A stretch of 64,000 nt of DNA from an uncultured virus (IMG/VR IMGVR_UViG_3300030524_000005) (IMGVR_UViG_3300030524_000005), one strand, 5' to 3'; counted from the first letter of the stretch, positions 37,911 to 47,423 are shown. The notes: generated by a model not told the origin, from the letters alone. A program made the numbers and translations.

Positions 37911-37960
37911 TAGCCGCCACCGAGCGGCTTTTTTATGGCTCGCCGCGCGCGGGCTTTTTT
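37911..37960 (+). terminator. tandem terminator-like hairpins
   Basis: AGCCGC..GCGGCT-T5 and GCTCGC..GCGGGC-T6. Confidence 0.6.
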
Positions 37961-37980
37961 ATTCCTCGGAGTCATAACGC

Positions 37981-38349
37981 ATGAGCGAGATCGACGCTAT
38001 CAACGAGCGTTTGAACAGAGGCGAAGCAAAATTCTCCGAGTTCGCCGGGGTGCTGGCCGACATTAAAGGCCACCTTCAGAGCCAAGATCAGACGTTGGGC
38101 GCGTTGGCCGAAAAGCTCGATACCGTCGTGAACGGCACGGAATCCATCGTTGGTATGTGGAGCGGGGGCGTCAAGACGGTGCGATTCTTTTGCCGGCTGG
38201 CCGAGTCGTGGACATTCTTCCTGCGCAAGGTTTTTATCCCCGTGGTGCTGCCGCTGGCTGGCATGTGGGCGCTCGTGCGAATCGCTTCGCATCAGGCCCT
38301 GCCGGATTGGATGGCGGCCTGTATCAAGCTTGTTTTGGCGGTTTTATGA
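37981..38349 (+). CDS. putative holin
   Basis: Coiled-coil N-terminus and C-terminal TM; overlaps endolysin start. Confidence 0.6.
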   Translation: MSEIDAINERLNRGEAKFSEFAGVLADIKGHLQSQDQTLGALAEKLDTVVNGTESIVGMWSGGVKTVRFFCRLAESWTFFLRKVFIPVVLPLAGMWALVRIASHQALPDWMAACIKLVLAVL

Positions 38350-38801
38350 CACCTCAAGAATTCATCGCCGCGCTCACACCGGCCGCTCAGAAGTCGATGC
38401 TCATCACGAAGGTTCCTGCGTCCTTCACGATCGCGGAGGCCGCCGACGAAAGCGGGTGGGGCATACACGCGCCCGGAATGAATTTGTTCGGCATCAAGGC
38501 CGACGCGTCATGGCATGGACCGATCACCACGCAGCGCACGCGCGAAGTGATTCACGGCCAACCGATCATCGTGACCGCGAACTTCCGGGCCTATACCGAC
38601 TGGCTCGGAAGCATTCAAGACCATGCCGTATTTTTGACGACGAATCCGCGCTACCAGCCGGCCTTCGCTTATCGGAGTGGTGCGCTATTCGCTCGAGCTG
38701 TGGCTGCCGCCGGGTATGCAACCGATCCTGACTACGCCGACAAGGTCGTTTCGATCATCAATACGCATGGCCTGAGCGCGCTGGATACGCAGACCGCCTA
38801 A
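38346..38801 (+). CDS. endolysin, GH73 glucosaminidase (FlgJ-like)
   Basis: ESGWG, NLFGIKA, T.E, FRAY, GYATDPDY. Confidence 0.93.
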   Translation: MTPQEFIAALTPAAQKSMLITKVPASFTIAEAADESGWGIHAPGMNLFGIKADASWHGPITTQRTREVIHGQPIIVTANFRAYTDWLGSIQDHAVFLTTNPRYQPAFAYRSGALFARAVAAAGYATDPDYADKVVSIINTHGLSALDTQTA

Positions 38802-38860
38802 CCCCAATCCCCGCATCACACCAACCGCCTACGGGCGGTTTTTTTACGTCCCGGACAGCC

Positions 38861-39079
38861 ATGAGCACACTCCATTCCTTCACGGTGCATGCTGATTTCC
38901 CGGACAGCACCCCTTTTCTGGAAGCAGAGAGGGTAATCGCGCATGCAGTCGCGGCGGCTTTGCACGATGCCGGCATACCCGGAAATGTGACAGTGACCAA
39001 TACGCATATTGATCCGACGTCAGAAGTCGCGCGGGTGGCTGACGTGCTCGGGCGTACTGGGACTGCGGTGATTAGATGA
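38861..39079 (+). CDS. hypothetical protein
   Basis: Follows terminator 38823-38846; ATGA overlap with next gene. Confidence 0.5.
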   Translation: MSTLHSFTVHADFPDSTPFLEAERVIAHAVAAALHDAGIPGNVTVTNTHIDPTSEVARVADVLGRTGTAVIR

Positions 39080-40911
39080 CTGTTACCGTCCTCACGACGG
39101 GATCAAGCTTCACCCCTGCTGCGGGCGTCAGCACGCTAACCAACAGCGAGGTGTGGGCCGCGGGCGCGGGCGGCTCGTCCAATAACACAACCAGCGCGAA
39201 AGGCGGCGGGGGTGGTGGCGCTTATTCAGCAGTGGCGAATCTCCCGGTTACGCCCGGCACGCCTGTTGCTTACACGCTCGGCGTGCCCGGCACGGGCGAG
39301 ACGTCCAGCAAGGGCGCAGTAGCCGGTGGAGATGCGTGGTTTAACGGCAGCACGCTAGCGCTTTCCTCGGTAGGCGCCAAGGGTGGCGCGGTCAGTATCA
39401 GCACGGCTGGCGGCTTGGGCGGCGTCACGACGACAGGTGTCGGGACCACTAAGAATGCCGGCGGTCCTGGCGGAGCGGGAACGAGCGCCCACTCTGGGCC
39501 GGGCGGTGGCGGCTCTGCTAGTGCCGCTGGTATCGGCGGGACTGGTGGTGCTGGTACAACGCTGCTTGGCGGTAATGGCGGATCCAGCCCCAGCGCTGGT
39601 GCGGGCGGGACTGGCGGCACCGCAACTGCGGCGGCGACGGCTGGCGCGTCAAATTCGCTCGGGGGCGGTGGTGGTGGCGGCGGCGATATCACGGGCGTCA
39701 CAGATGGCAATGGCGCGGCTGGTGGTCTTCCCGGTGGTGGTGGTGGCGCTGGGTCGGGCAACACCGGCACGAATAGCGGTGGCGCTGGTGGCGGCGGTCA
39801 AATCACGATCACCTATACCGCGGCCAGTACCGCTGCAATTTCTGCATCAAATTTCGACGCTACGACCGGCGCTGTTTCGTTGGGTGGTACTGGCGCTCTC
39901 GGCGCAACGGGCCTGGACGCAACGGCTGGATCGATATCGCTAGGCGGATTTGCTCCAGTATCCGCCACCGCATTGACGGTCACAACCGGCGCGATCTCGA
40001 TTGGCGCGACCACGGCGGTATCTGGCTCGGCACTAAATGCGACGTCTGGATCGGTGGCCATCGCCGGCATTGCAGCACTTCGTGCGACAGCGCTCGATGC
40101 TGTGGCCGGAAATTCCTCGCTGACGGGTTCGGCGGCGCTCAGTGCGATCAGTCTTGACGCGCCGACCGGCAATGCTCAAGCCAGCGGTTCCGCAGCGCTC
40201 CAGGCTCAAGCACTCGACGCCACCACAGGATCATCGCAAGTCGGCGGGAAGGGCGCCATCGCCTCCACGGGTCTTGATGCCACAACCGGGACCGCGCAAA
40301 TCAGCACGCCGGGAGCGGGCTCAGTCGCCGCTTCCTCGTTCAATGTCGGCTCTGGATCGTTCGCGCTAACCGGTGTTGCTGGTGTATCCGCGACTGCGCT
40401 TGACGGCGTAGCTGGCTCGATTCGAGTTGGCGGATCAGCGGCGGTTCAATTTAGCGCGCTAGACGTGCCAGCCGGGGCGGTTGCGGTCGGCGGAGTTGCA
40501 TCGGTCAGCGGTGCGGCGAATGACGCGACGTTCGGATCCGCAAGCATCACCGGGTCGGCTGCTATTAGATCGGCTGGCCTGAATGTCGATACCGGTAGCG
40601 TTCTCGTCCTGGCGCCCAGCGCGTCGCAAATTTCCGCGGCTGGTTTCAATGCCTCTGTCGGAAGTGTTGTCGTCGGCGCACTTGCCCAGGTTTCGGCCGC
40701 CGCCCTGAACACGACTACCGGCGCCGTGCGCGTCTCGCTATTCCGCATCCCTGAGCGCGTCTTCAACGTCGCTCCAGAAAATCGCATCGCCAACGTATCG
40801 CCCGAGAACCGCATAGTTGCGGTTGCTCCTGAGTCGCGCATCGCAAATATCCCGCCGGAAAACAGAACCTTGAGCGTGCCGCCCGAGGATCGAATCGTCA
40901 ATGTGGCCTAG
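39076..40911 (+). CDS. Gly-rich repetitive fibre-like virion protein
   Basis: Gly-rich N-domain, ~20-aa A.LDATTG repeats, C-terminal 9-aa PENRI repeats. Confidence 0.75.
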   Translation: MTVTVLTTGSSFTPAAGVSTLTNSEVWAAGAGGSSNNTTSAKGGGGGGAYSAVANLPVTPGTPVAYTLGVPGTGETSSKGAVAGGDAWFNGSTLALSSVGAKGGAVSISTAGGLGGVTTTGVGTTKNAGGPGGAGTSAHSGPGGGGSASAAGIGGTGGAGTTLLGGNGGSSPSAGAGGTGGTATAAATAGASNSLGGGGGGGGDITGVTDGNGAAGGLPGGGGGAGSGNTGTNSGGAGGGGQITITYTAASTAAISASNFDATTGAVSLGGTGALGATGLDATAGSISLGGFAPVSATALTVTTGAISIGATTAVSGSALNATSGSVAIAGIAALRATALDAVAGNSSLTGSAALSAISLDAPTGNAQASGSAALQAQALDATTGSSQVGGKGAIASTGLDATTGTAQISTPGAGSVAASSFNVGSGSFALTGVAGVSATALDGVAGSIRVGGSAAVQFSALDVPAGAVAVGGVASVSGAANDATFGSASITGSAAIRSAGLNVDTGSVLVLAPSASQISAAGFNASVGSVVVGALAQVSAAALNTTTGAVRVSLFRIPERVFNVAPENRIANVSPENRIVAVAPESRIANIPPENRTLSVPPEDRIVNVA

Positions 40912-40920
40912 GAGCCGAAA

Positions 40921-41553
40921 GTGTTAGACACGAAATTTAAGCAAAATCAAAAGATCGATGCCGAATACCGCGGCCAGTCCGTCACTTACCCGACCCCTCG
41001 GTTTGTTGGCCTGATCGTCGCATCTGCGGGCCAATCGCCGCGCAGTACCGTGGTTGCGCTCAACGCCTACACGGTCCCTGCGACATTGAACGGTCGCCTA
41101 TACAAATGCACGACGGGCGGCACAACGGGATCAGGTGAGCCGACATGGCCGACGACGGCGGCCGGCACGGTAACCGATGGCACTGCCGTTTGGACCGAAC
41201 AAACCACCGCGCTCTATGGCGGCACGATTCCCGAAGGCTCAGCCACTGGCTACGCCCGCGTCTCGTATGCCTCCACACTGGCTAACTGGTCTGGTACGCA
41301 GGGCGCGGGCACTACGGTCGCCTCCACCGGTGCGACCGGCCAGATTAGCAATAACAATGCGATCGCATTTGCCCAGGTCACGACCAGTCTCGGCCTTGTA
41401 GTCGGCTTTGCCATGTATGACGCATCGACCAGTGGTAACGCATGGGAGTACTGCATCCAGGCAACCGGCACGCCCACGACTGTTGGCGCGAATATCTCGC
41501 CCAACATTGCCGCCGGCGCGGCCGTGATTGGCTACGACATTAACGCCCAATAA
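40921..41553 (+). CDS. fibre-associated virion protein
   Basis: GYARV..ISNNNAIAF..YDASTSGN, with inserted YKCTTGGTTGSGEPTWP module. Confidence 0.7.
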   Translation: MLDTKFKQNQKIDAEYRGQSVTYPTPRFVGLIVASAGQSPRSTVVALNAYTVPATLNGRLYKCTTGGTTGSGEPTWPTTAAGTVTDGTAVWTEQTTALYGGTIPEGSATGYARVSYASTLANWSGTQGAGTTVASTGATGQISNNNAIAFAQVTTSLGLVVGFAMYDASTSGNAWEYCIQATGTPTTVGANISPNIAAGAAVIGYDINAQ

Positions 41554-41563
41554 GGGGTAGGCC

Positions 41564-41911
41564 ATGCAAGCCTGCCAATGGGACGGCCCGGCTCAAAGCT
41601 TCGATCTTGGGCCTAGCGAAGAACTCGACTACGGCATCAACTGGGGAAGTCCTTCGCCACCCCTCGGCGTCGGTTCCTGGCTCGCTACCGGCGAAACGAT
41701 CGTCGGTACGCCAGCCGTTACCTACACCGGTACGGACTCAGCGCTGACCATCAACCCGGAGCCAAACGGGACGCTGGTAAGCGGCGGCCTGGTGACTTGG
41801 TGGCTATCCACGCCAACGGTCGGAAGCACGTACATCGTGACCGTGAACATCACCACCAGCCAGGGGCGCAAGTCGACGCGCTCGATTCAGATCATCGGCG
41901 TTCAGCGCTGA
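41564..41911 (+). CDS. fibre adaptor-like protein
   Basis: PSEELDYGINW..WLATGETI..WLS..ITTSQGR. Confidence 0.65.
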   Translation: MQACQWDGPAQSFDLGPSEELDYGINWGSPSPPLGVGSWLATGETIVGTPAVTYTGTDSALTINPEPNGTLVSGGLVTWWLSTPTVGSTYIVTVNITTSQGRKSTRSIQIIGVQR

Positions 41912-41927
41912 CTTAAAAAGTACCTCT

Positions 41928-42125
41928 ATGACAACTTCCATCCTAGTTTTGGTGGGGCTCGCGCTCGCGCTGTTTTTGTGGTCATGGCACATAGACCAGC
42001 GCGTAGGCGATCCCGAAGCAAAGATCGAGGCGACCATTCCGCTGATTATCGGATTGGCGCTCATGGCCATTGCGGCGCTCTTGTTCGTTGGGCGCGTGGC
42101 TTATCTGATGTGGAGGGTGCTATGA
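41928..42125 (+). CDS. small two-TM membrane protein
   Basis: Two hydrophobic helices. Confidence 0.6.
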   Translation: MTTSILVLVGLALALFLWSWHIDQRVGDPEAKIEATIPLIIGLALMAIAALLFVGRVAYLMWRVL

Positions 42126-42763
42126 CCACACGATGCAGCCATAAAGTGCCGCTTGAGTCTCCGTGCGCGCAATGCACGGCAGAAGGGATGGCGGCGCAGC
42201 CTATCGCCGGCGAACACCTCGTAAAAGTGACTCTTGAGGAAAGCGAGTATTACCCAGATCATCCGCCACGCACCGAGTCGCCGACCTTTAGGCAGACGAA
42301 GCGTGACGGAAAGAAGCGCGGCATGCGCTGCGCCATCAGCGGGCAACTCGTCGGCCTGGAATATCACCACATATTTTGCGAGGAAGCCGACATGCTGGCC
42401 GTGTGCTGGCAAACCATGAAAGGCATCGGCACGGGTGAAATAACCGAGCTGCCCGTGCTCGACCTCGTGACCGATCAGCCGACTGGAGAGATGGCGCCGG
42501 CGACGCACTTTCTCTGCTATTGGCTTGTGAAGATCGCCGCCGCTCGAGGCTTCGACTGGGCTGCATTCGATCCTGAAAAACCGGAAACCTTCGTTGACGC
42601 ACTGGAAAACATGCTTGTGCTGAACGAGAAATATCACCGCGCGAAGAATCACGGCATTCACATGAAAACTTTCCCGACGTACGTAATGCAGGCGCTGCCG
42701 AGAAAGCAGGGCTTCGTTTATACGGCGGACGAGTTACCCGTATCGACTCACCCAACAGCATAG
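42122..42763 (+). CDS. HNH-like protein
   Basis: YPDHPPRTESP..CAISG..LEYHH..NMLVL..HR..GIH. Confidence 0.65.
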   Translation: MTTRCSHKVPLESPCAQCTAEGMAAQPIAGEHLVKVTLEESEYYPDHPPRTESPTFRQTKRDGKKRGMRCAISGQLVGLEYHHIFCEEADMLAVCWQTMKGIGTGEITELPVLDLVTDQPTGEMAPATHFLCYWLVKIAAARGFDWAAFDPEKPETFVDALENMLVLNEKYHRAKNHGIHMKTFPTYVMQALPRKQGFVYTADELPVSTHPTA

Positions 42764-42771
42764 GAGCATCC

Positions 42772-43095
42772 ATGAGCACCAACGTATTGAAACTAATTGC
42801 CGGCGCTTTGATTGCGCTTTTTATCTTGATCCTGCTCGGCGTGTTGAGCTATTTCGCCTACCACGGTAAAGCGATGCCTGATCCGATCGCGTACGCAATT
42901 TACGGCTTGATCACGACCGCGACCGGTATGTTGACGGCGCTGGCTGGCCATGCCGCTGGAGCGAAGAATCCCGCCAGTGCAGCCGTTAGCCATTTCGTGA
43001 CAGGCACTTCGATGGCTGCGTTGCCGGGCCTAGTGGTGCCGCCGACATTGCCGCAAGAGCCCGTGACGCCGGCTCAACCCGCCGCACCGCAATGA
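42772..43095 (+). CDS. two-TM holin-like protein
   Basis: Two TM helices; GGAG RBS. Confidence 0.55.
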   Translation: MSTNVLKLIAGALIALFILILLGVLSYFAYHGKAMPDPIAYAIYGLITTATGMLTALAGHAAGAKNPASAAVSHFVTGTSMAALPGLVVPPTLPQEPVTPAQPAAPQ

Positions 43096-43397
43096 TTCGC
43101 GCCGCGCTCGCTCTTTGCCTGCTGGCGCTCCTGTCGGGCTGCGCCTCATATTCGGTTGAGCCGTTCTACGACACCATCTCGAAACAGGTTCTGTGCTGCC
43201 GCGCGACCGCCTGGTCAGCAAAGGACGTCGGCACGCTCAATTTTTTCGCCACTGAGCGAGGCGGGGCGTTTGTAGTCCGCTTTGCCGAGACTGGCGTGAA
43301 GGCATCTGCGCCCATAGCAGCCGCAGCAATTGCCGCATCCGATGTTTCAGCCGCGGTCATTGGCGCAACCGGCGCCATCGTCAAGTTAGCCCCGTAG
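43092..43397 (+). CDS. lipoprotein
   Basis: Lipobox LSGC. Confidence 0.75.
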   Translation: MIRAALALCLLALLSGCASYSVEPFYDTISKQVLCCRATAWSAKDVGTLNFFATERGGAFVVRFAETGVKASAPIAAAAIAASDVSAAVIGATGAIVKLAP

Positions 43398-43418
43398 TCC
43401 CTCTCCAAGGAATCCACC

Positions 43419-43925
43419 ATGAAAAAGATCATCGCCGCAATCGCGGCTGTTTCAGCTTGCCTGCTGTTCGCCGGCTGCGCCGCTACCGGCGCCCCCACCG
43501 CGCCAGCCGTAACGCTCACGCCGCTCCAGATCGCCGCCCTGGTGCAAGCCAAGGTAACGGCGGCCTGCAACGTCCTGACGCCGACCATTCAACCATTGGC
43601 GCCGCTGCTCGCATCGAAACCGGGATTTTCCGCTTTCAACACTGACCTCGGCAACACGTGTGCTGCCAATGCGACTCTGAATGTTACGTCGCTCACCAGC
43701 CTGATCAACACGTCGATTGCTGCGGCACAGGCGCAAGTGCCGAATATCTCGTCGCTGAGCGATACGGACAAGCTTCTGATTGTTGCGGGGCTCGGCGTAT
43801 TCAAGGGAGCACTGGAAAATGCGCTTGCATCGGTTCCGGCTGCTGTGCCGGCCACAGCCTCGGGTGTAATCGTCGCCCCTGCCGCGCCGACTCCCGCTAG
43901 TGGCACGCTGGTAGCTGCATCGTGA
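43419..43925 (+). CDS. lipoprotein
   Basis: MKK signal and lipobox FAGC; internal Cys pair. Confidence 0.78.
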   Translation: MKKIIAAIAAVSACLLFAGCAATGAPTAPAVTLTPLQIAALVQAKVTAACNVLTPTIQPLAPLLASKPGFSAFNTDLGNTCAANATLNVTSLTSLINTSIAAAQAQVPNISSLSDTDKLLIVAGLGVFKGALENALASVPAAVPATASGVIVAPAAPTPASGTLVAAS

Positions 43926-44740
43926 CTAAACCGATCCGCGTCGCGCTCAGCGGCTCGGGATTCCGGCTGGGTGCCCACCTTGGAGCGCTTCAGGCAATTG
44001 AAGATGCAGGCTATGAGGTGGTTGAGATTGCTGGGACGTCTGGCGGCTCCATTGTGGCGAGCCTTTACGCATCAGGCATGACGCTCGACGGATTGCGCCA
44101 GCTTTGTATGACGCTCAACTGGGCACCGTACATGACATTTTCGCCTTGGGCGATACTGACCAGGCAGGTACTGTGCACCGGCAATGCGCTGCTTGATTTT
44201 CTGACGAGACAGACCGCAGGGAAGAGGTTTTCCGATCTGGCGATTGACCTAAAATGTATCGCTTCTGATCTGGTGACAGAGAGCGAGTTTCAGTTCAGCA
44301 GACACAACACCCCAGATATGTCGATCGCTCTGGCTGCGCGCGCATCTGCCTCGATACCGATTGTGTTCGCGCCAGTTGAATATGGCGCAGGGGTGTATCA
44401 GGACGGAGGAATGTGCGACAACATCCCGGTCTCCGACCTGACCATTGATGCCATCCCGCGCATTGGCATCTACCTGCAGTCGAATGACCCTCCGCTGCTT
44501 CCCAATAAGCGGAGCATCATCGATCTGGCGCCCCGGATGATCGACTTGCTGCTTGCGTCCAATGAAGCGGCGCACGTTCATCTTGATACAAAAAATGGCG
44601 CACTGATTGTCCCGGTCGAAACAGCCTATGCGTCAAGCTTCGATCGCAATATGACGTTGGCGATTCGCCAGCGGCTGTTCAATGACGGCTACGCAGCAAC
44701 TAAAACAGCGCTCGCAGCACTCAACCCCTCCAGCCTCTAG
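43922..44740 (+). CDS. patatin-like phospholipase
   Basis: SGSGFRLG, GTSGG, ASASIP, DGG. Confidence 0.92.
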   Translation: MTKPIRVALSGSGFRLGAHLGALQAIEDAGYEVVEIAGTSGGSIVASLYASGMTLDGLRQLCMTLNWAPYMTFSPWAILTRQVLCTGNALLDFLTRQTAGKRFSDLAIDLKCIASDLVTESEFQFSRHNTPDMSIALAARASASIPIVFAPVEYGAGVYQDGGMCDNIPVSDLTIDAIPRIGIYLQSNDPPLLPNKRSIIDLAPRMIDLLLASNEAAHVHLDTKNGALIVPVETAYASSFDRNMTLAIRQRLFNDGYAATKTALAALNPSSL

Positions 44741-44955
44741 CCGGGTCTGCGTCATCGTCGCTTCCCGTCTCGCCAGTGGCGACGATCAATCAGCAACCAT
44801 CCAAGACAAAAATAGAACAGCGCCGAAACACGCGAGCACCATGAGAATTAGTGCGCCGAGAACGGCCGGCTGCTTTACGGCTAGCAATAGCACGGCAGCG
44901 CCGCCCACGCACGTGTAAGCCGTCTTTATTGCGCGCGTTATCGTCATCCCGCCTC

Positions 44956-45225
44956 CTAGCCCGCAGCTTGCGGCGCGTCAACCATCCCTACCAATTTTAC
45001 CGCCCAACATTCAACCTGCTCGCGCCACGTCACATAGGTCCATTTCGCCGAGCGCGATGTAAAAGTCGTGTCGATAGTGAGGGGTGAATCAGGTCCTGGA
45101 CGAAGCTCGAAGAGAGCGCATTCCTCCAGTAGCTGATCGCCCCAATAGAAGCCCATCCTCAAAATGCGCATGCGCGGCTTCTGCGCGGTCGATAGAGGCC
45201 AAACCAGTTCGGCGGCTTTCATCAC
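44956..45225 (-). CDS. hypothetical protein
   Basis: GAGGG RBS; overlaps upstream gene. Confidence 0.55.
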   Translation of the reverse strand: MMKAAELVWPLSTAQKPRMRILRMGFYWGDQLLEECALFELRPGPDSPLTIDTTFTSRSAKWTYVTWREQVECWAVKLVGMVDAPQAAG

Positions 45226-45494
45226 ACCCCTCCCTCAGCGCTCTGTCGAGCCGCGTCACCGAAAAATACGTCTCCCTGTTTTTTGTTTTGCCCGAAAGGG
45301 TGCGCCATCGCGTTAGCGAGCAGTCGCGGGATCGAATCCAAAACGGTCAAATCCTCCCCATGCCACCATGCGCTTTTTTCGCCGGTCGGGTTGCCTCCGC
45401 CAAGGTAGTCGATGGATGCGCCGCTGCTCCCGTATTCAGTGACCATGGCGATTCCGCCCAGCGGCGTACGTACGATGTCAAGCGGTTTAATCAT
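45222..45494 (-). CDS. hypothetical protein
   Basis: IKPLDIVRTPLGGIAMV; RBS. Confidence 0.6.
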   Translation of the reverse strand: MIKPLDIVRTPLGGIAMVTEYGSSGASIDYLGGGNPTGEKSAWWHGEDLTVLDSIPRLLANAMAHPFGQNKKQGDVFFGDAARQSAEGGV

Positions 45495-45498
45495 TTTC

Positions 45499-45771
45499 TC
45501 ACCCCTTCCAATCAGTTTGCGTCAACACGCCGCGGTGAATTCTAGAATGTTCCGGGTGATACGCGAACGCCAGAACCTTGGCGCGCTCATCCAGCCTTAA
45601 ATCCCATCGGTCGCCGAAATCAAAATCCTCGCCAGTCCACTCGCCCCACATATAAATCTCACGGAAGCGGAAATCAACCGTTGCTTCGCAAGCCACTTTG
45701 CAGACATACAGGCCCATGACAGGCGGTCGGCTTGCCGGATATTCGAGATACTCAAGGCTCATTACGTTCAT
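45499..45771 (-). CDS. hypothetical protein
   Basis: P..RPPVMGLYVC..W.G pattern; start uncertain. Confidence 0.55.
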   Translation of the reverse strand: MNVMSLEYLEYPASRPPVMGLYVCKVACEATVDFRFREIYMWGEWTGEDFDFGDRWDLRLDERAKVLAFAYHPEHSRIHRGVLTQTDWKG

Positions 45772-46024
45772 TGCGTGCCCCATTGGCTTTATTTGCTGCG
45801 GCCAGCGCTCGAATTCGCACCACCGCATCGGCGTAAATGTATGCTCGCTCGACATTGCCACTGGCTTGGCTGGACTTTCTCATTGAGCCAAAAATTGCCG
45901 CAGCTTTATCCGCCCAAGCAATCCCAATCCCACGCGCAATCTCCGGCGTCAGCGGATCGCCCCAGTTCACACCTTCGGGTAATGCTGCGCAGGCTGATTC
46001 GAAGTCTTCTGATTGCATGCTCAT
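45752..46024 (-). CDS. hypothetical protein
   Basis: GGAG RBS downstream of a terminator. Confidence 0.5.
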   Translation of the reverse strand: MSMQSEDFESACAALPEGVNWGDPLTPEIARGIGIAWADKAAAIFGSMRKSSQASGNVERAYIYADAVVRIRALAAANKANGARNERNEP

Positions 46025-46039
46025 GTGCGCGCTCCAAAG

Positions 46040-46069
46040 CAAAAAGGCCTGCCGTTTCGGGCAAGCCTT
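46040..46069 (-). terminator. terminator downstream of the tRNA fragment
   Basis: AAGGCTTGCC-CGAAAC-GGCAGGCCTT-TTT on minus strand. Confidence 0.7.
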
Positions 46070-46090
46070 AATGTGCTTTGGATCCAATGA

Positions 46091-46306
46091 TCTTCCAAAA
46101 TTTGGAAGATGATGGACTGTAAATTTGAGCGCGTGTCGCTAAGTCTTTGATTATACTGGGGTGACCGATGGGGCTCGAACCCACGACAACCGGAATCACA
46201 ATCCTGGTGTGTTTTCATTGTAAATCAATACCTTAAGTGATTATTTTTGGAATATCGATATCGCGGTGAGCCTTATGCAGCGGTGATGATATTTCCCATC
46301 TTCCAA
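46091..46306. promoter_or_regulatory. integrase arm-type repeats and two IHF-consensus sites
   Basis: TCTTCCAA at 46091 and 46299, inverted copies at 46102 and 46247 (variant); WATCAANNNNTTR at 46140-46152 (-) and 46223-46235 (+). Confidence 0.7.
46157..46207 (-). other. att core: 3' half of tRNA-His(GTG), not a complete tRNA
   Basis: CCAGGATTGTGATTCCGGTTGTCGTGGGTTCGAGCCCCATCGGTCACCCCA; no D-arm or 5' acceptor strand. Confidence 0.92.
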
Positions 46307-46322
46307 CGTTTTTAGGCCGCTT

Positions 46323-47423
46323 TTAGTCCGTGGAATCCGCTTTGCGCAGCCTGCGGCGGTCGTACACTTGCTCGACCATTCTGCCGTCGACGTGGCCGGT
46401 CGCATCCTGCACGTTCTTATCTCCCGCTTCCTTACGATCCGTCACGGCAGCCGGCCGCATATCCGCCAGGCTGAATCGCACGAATTCGCCACCTTCTTTT
46501 ATGGCCTGCGCCTCGCAGTAATTCATCAGGCGCCACCATATCTTCCCCCAGCCCGACTTCGTGTAAAGCTGTCCCTTCTGATTGCCAAACACATACATCC
46601 CCGGCGTTACCTGTAACGAAAGTGCTTCATCGATAGTTTCCTTCAATAACGGAGACCATCGGATCATCTTGGACCGCTCGGCTTGGCCGGCCTTACGCTT
46701 GCCAATCGGGATTGTCACGCCATCGGGGCCGAGTTGCTGACGGCGCAGCGCGCGGATTTCGCCGGGACGGCAAACCATCGAGTAGGCGGCGACCATAGTA
46801 AGGGCCAAAACGAGATATGAGCCCTTGCGCCGACGCGCCTCGGCTATGACGAAATCTCGCTGTGCCTTGGTTGTATAGGTCGTTCTCGGCTGCACGGGGT
46901 TATATCCAATGTCGCGGCATGGATTCTCGGTCACTTCGCCCAGCCGACGGCCATATTCAAGGATTGCCGACAGCAGGGCGATTTCCTTGTTCGCCTTGGC
47001 CGGCGCGCCCGCCGTCGCCCGCTTGTCGAGATACGTGTAAATGTGGTGCGTTTTGATGCCGGTTACCGCGGTCTTGCCGAATACGGCGATGAGCTTTTTT
47101 GCCTCCCGCGCGTTCTCGGTCAGCGTCGTTTCCGCCTTCCGACGCTCGTCGGTCGCCAGCATGCCCTTTTGCCATGCGAAGTAGCGAGTCGACAGATCTT
47201 CGAACGTGCCTTTTACGGTTGCCGGGTTGCCATTCAGCGCATTGGCCCGGTCGATAGCCTGCTTGCGAATCGCCGCGCACGCCGCTTTGTCGACGCTGGG
47301 CGCGGTGAGGCGAAAGGCCCATGTGCCGTCGGCGCTCTTATAACCGTAGCTGGTCTTGCGCTTTCCCACCCTTGGATAGAGCCGAAAGGGCAGGCCATCG
47401 GGTGATTCTCGGCGTCCTATCAT
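46323..47423 (-). CDS. int: tyrosine integrase
   Basis: CRPGE, ADMR, TGH, VYDR; adjacent to att. Confidence 0.92.
   Translation of the reverse strand: MIGRRESPDGLPFRLYPRVGKRKTSYGYKSADGTWAFRLTAPSVDKAACAAIRKQAIDRANALNGNPATVKGTFEDLSTRYFAWQKGMLATDERRKAETTLTENAREAKKLIAVFGKTAVTGIKTHHIYTYLDKRATAGAPAKANKEIALLSAILEYGRRLGEVTENPCRDIGYNPVQPRTTYTTKAQRDFVIAEARRRKGSYLVLALTMVAAYSMVCRPGEIRALRRQQLGPDGVTIPIGKRKAGQAERSKMIRWSPLLKETIDEALSLQVTPGMYVFGNQKGQLYTKSGWGKIWWRLMNYCEAQAIKEGGEFVRFSLADMRPAAVTDRKEAGDKNVQDATGHVDGRMVEQVYDRRRLRKADSTD

Larger units (their letters stand above)
1..46157 (+). mobile_element. Prophage A (contractile-tailed); left end lies outside the window
   Basis: Continuous replication, late, head, contractile tail and lysis gene order ending at a tRNA-His att fragment. 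Confidence 0.85.

Noticed and set aside
43922..44740. CBASS system with a CapV-like effector
   Set aside because: No CD-NTase cyclase nearby; the gene is co-oriented in the late operon
46157..46207. Functional tRNA-His gene
   Set aside because: Only the anticodon arm to CCA is present; it is an att core
46323..47423. Inactive integrase because HxxR reads ADMR
   Set aside because: The other catalytic residues and the att architecture are intact; this His varies among tyrosine recombinases
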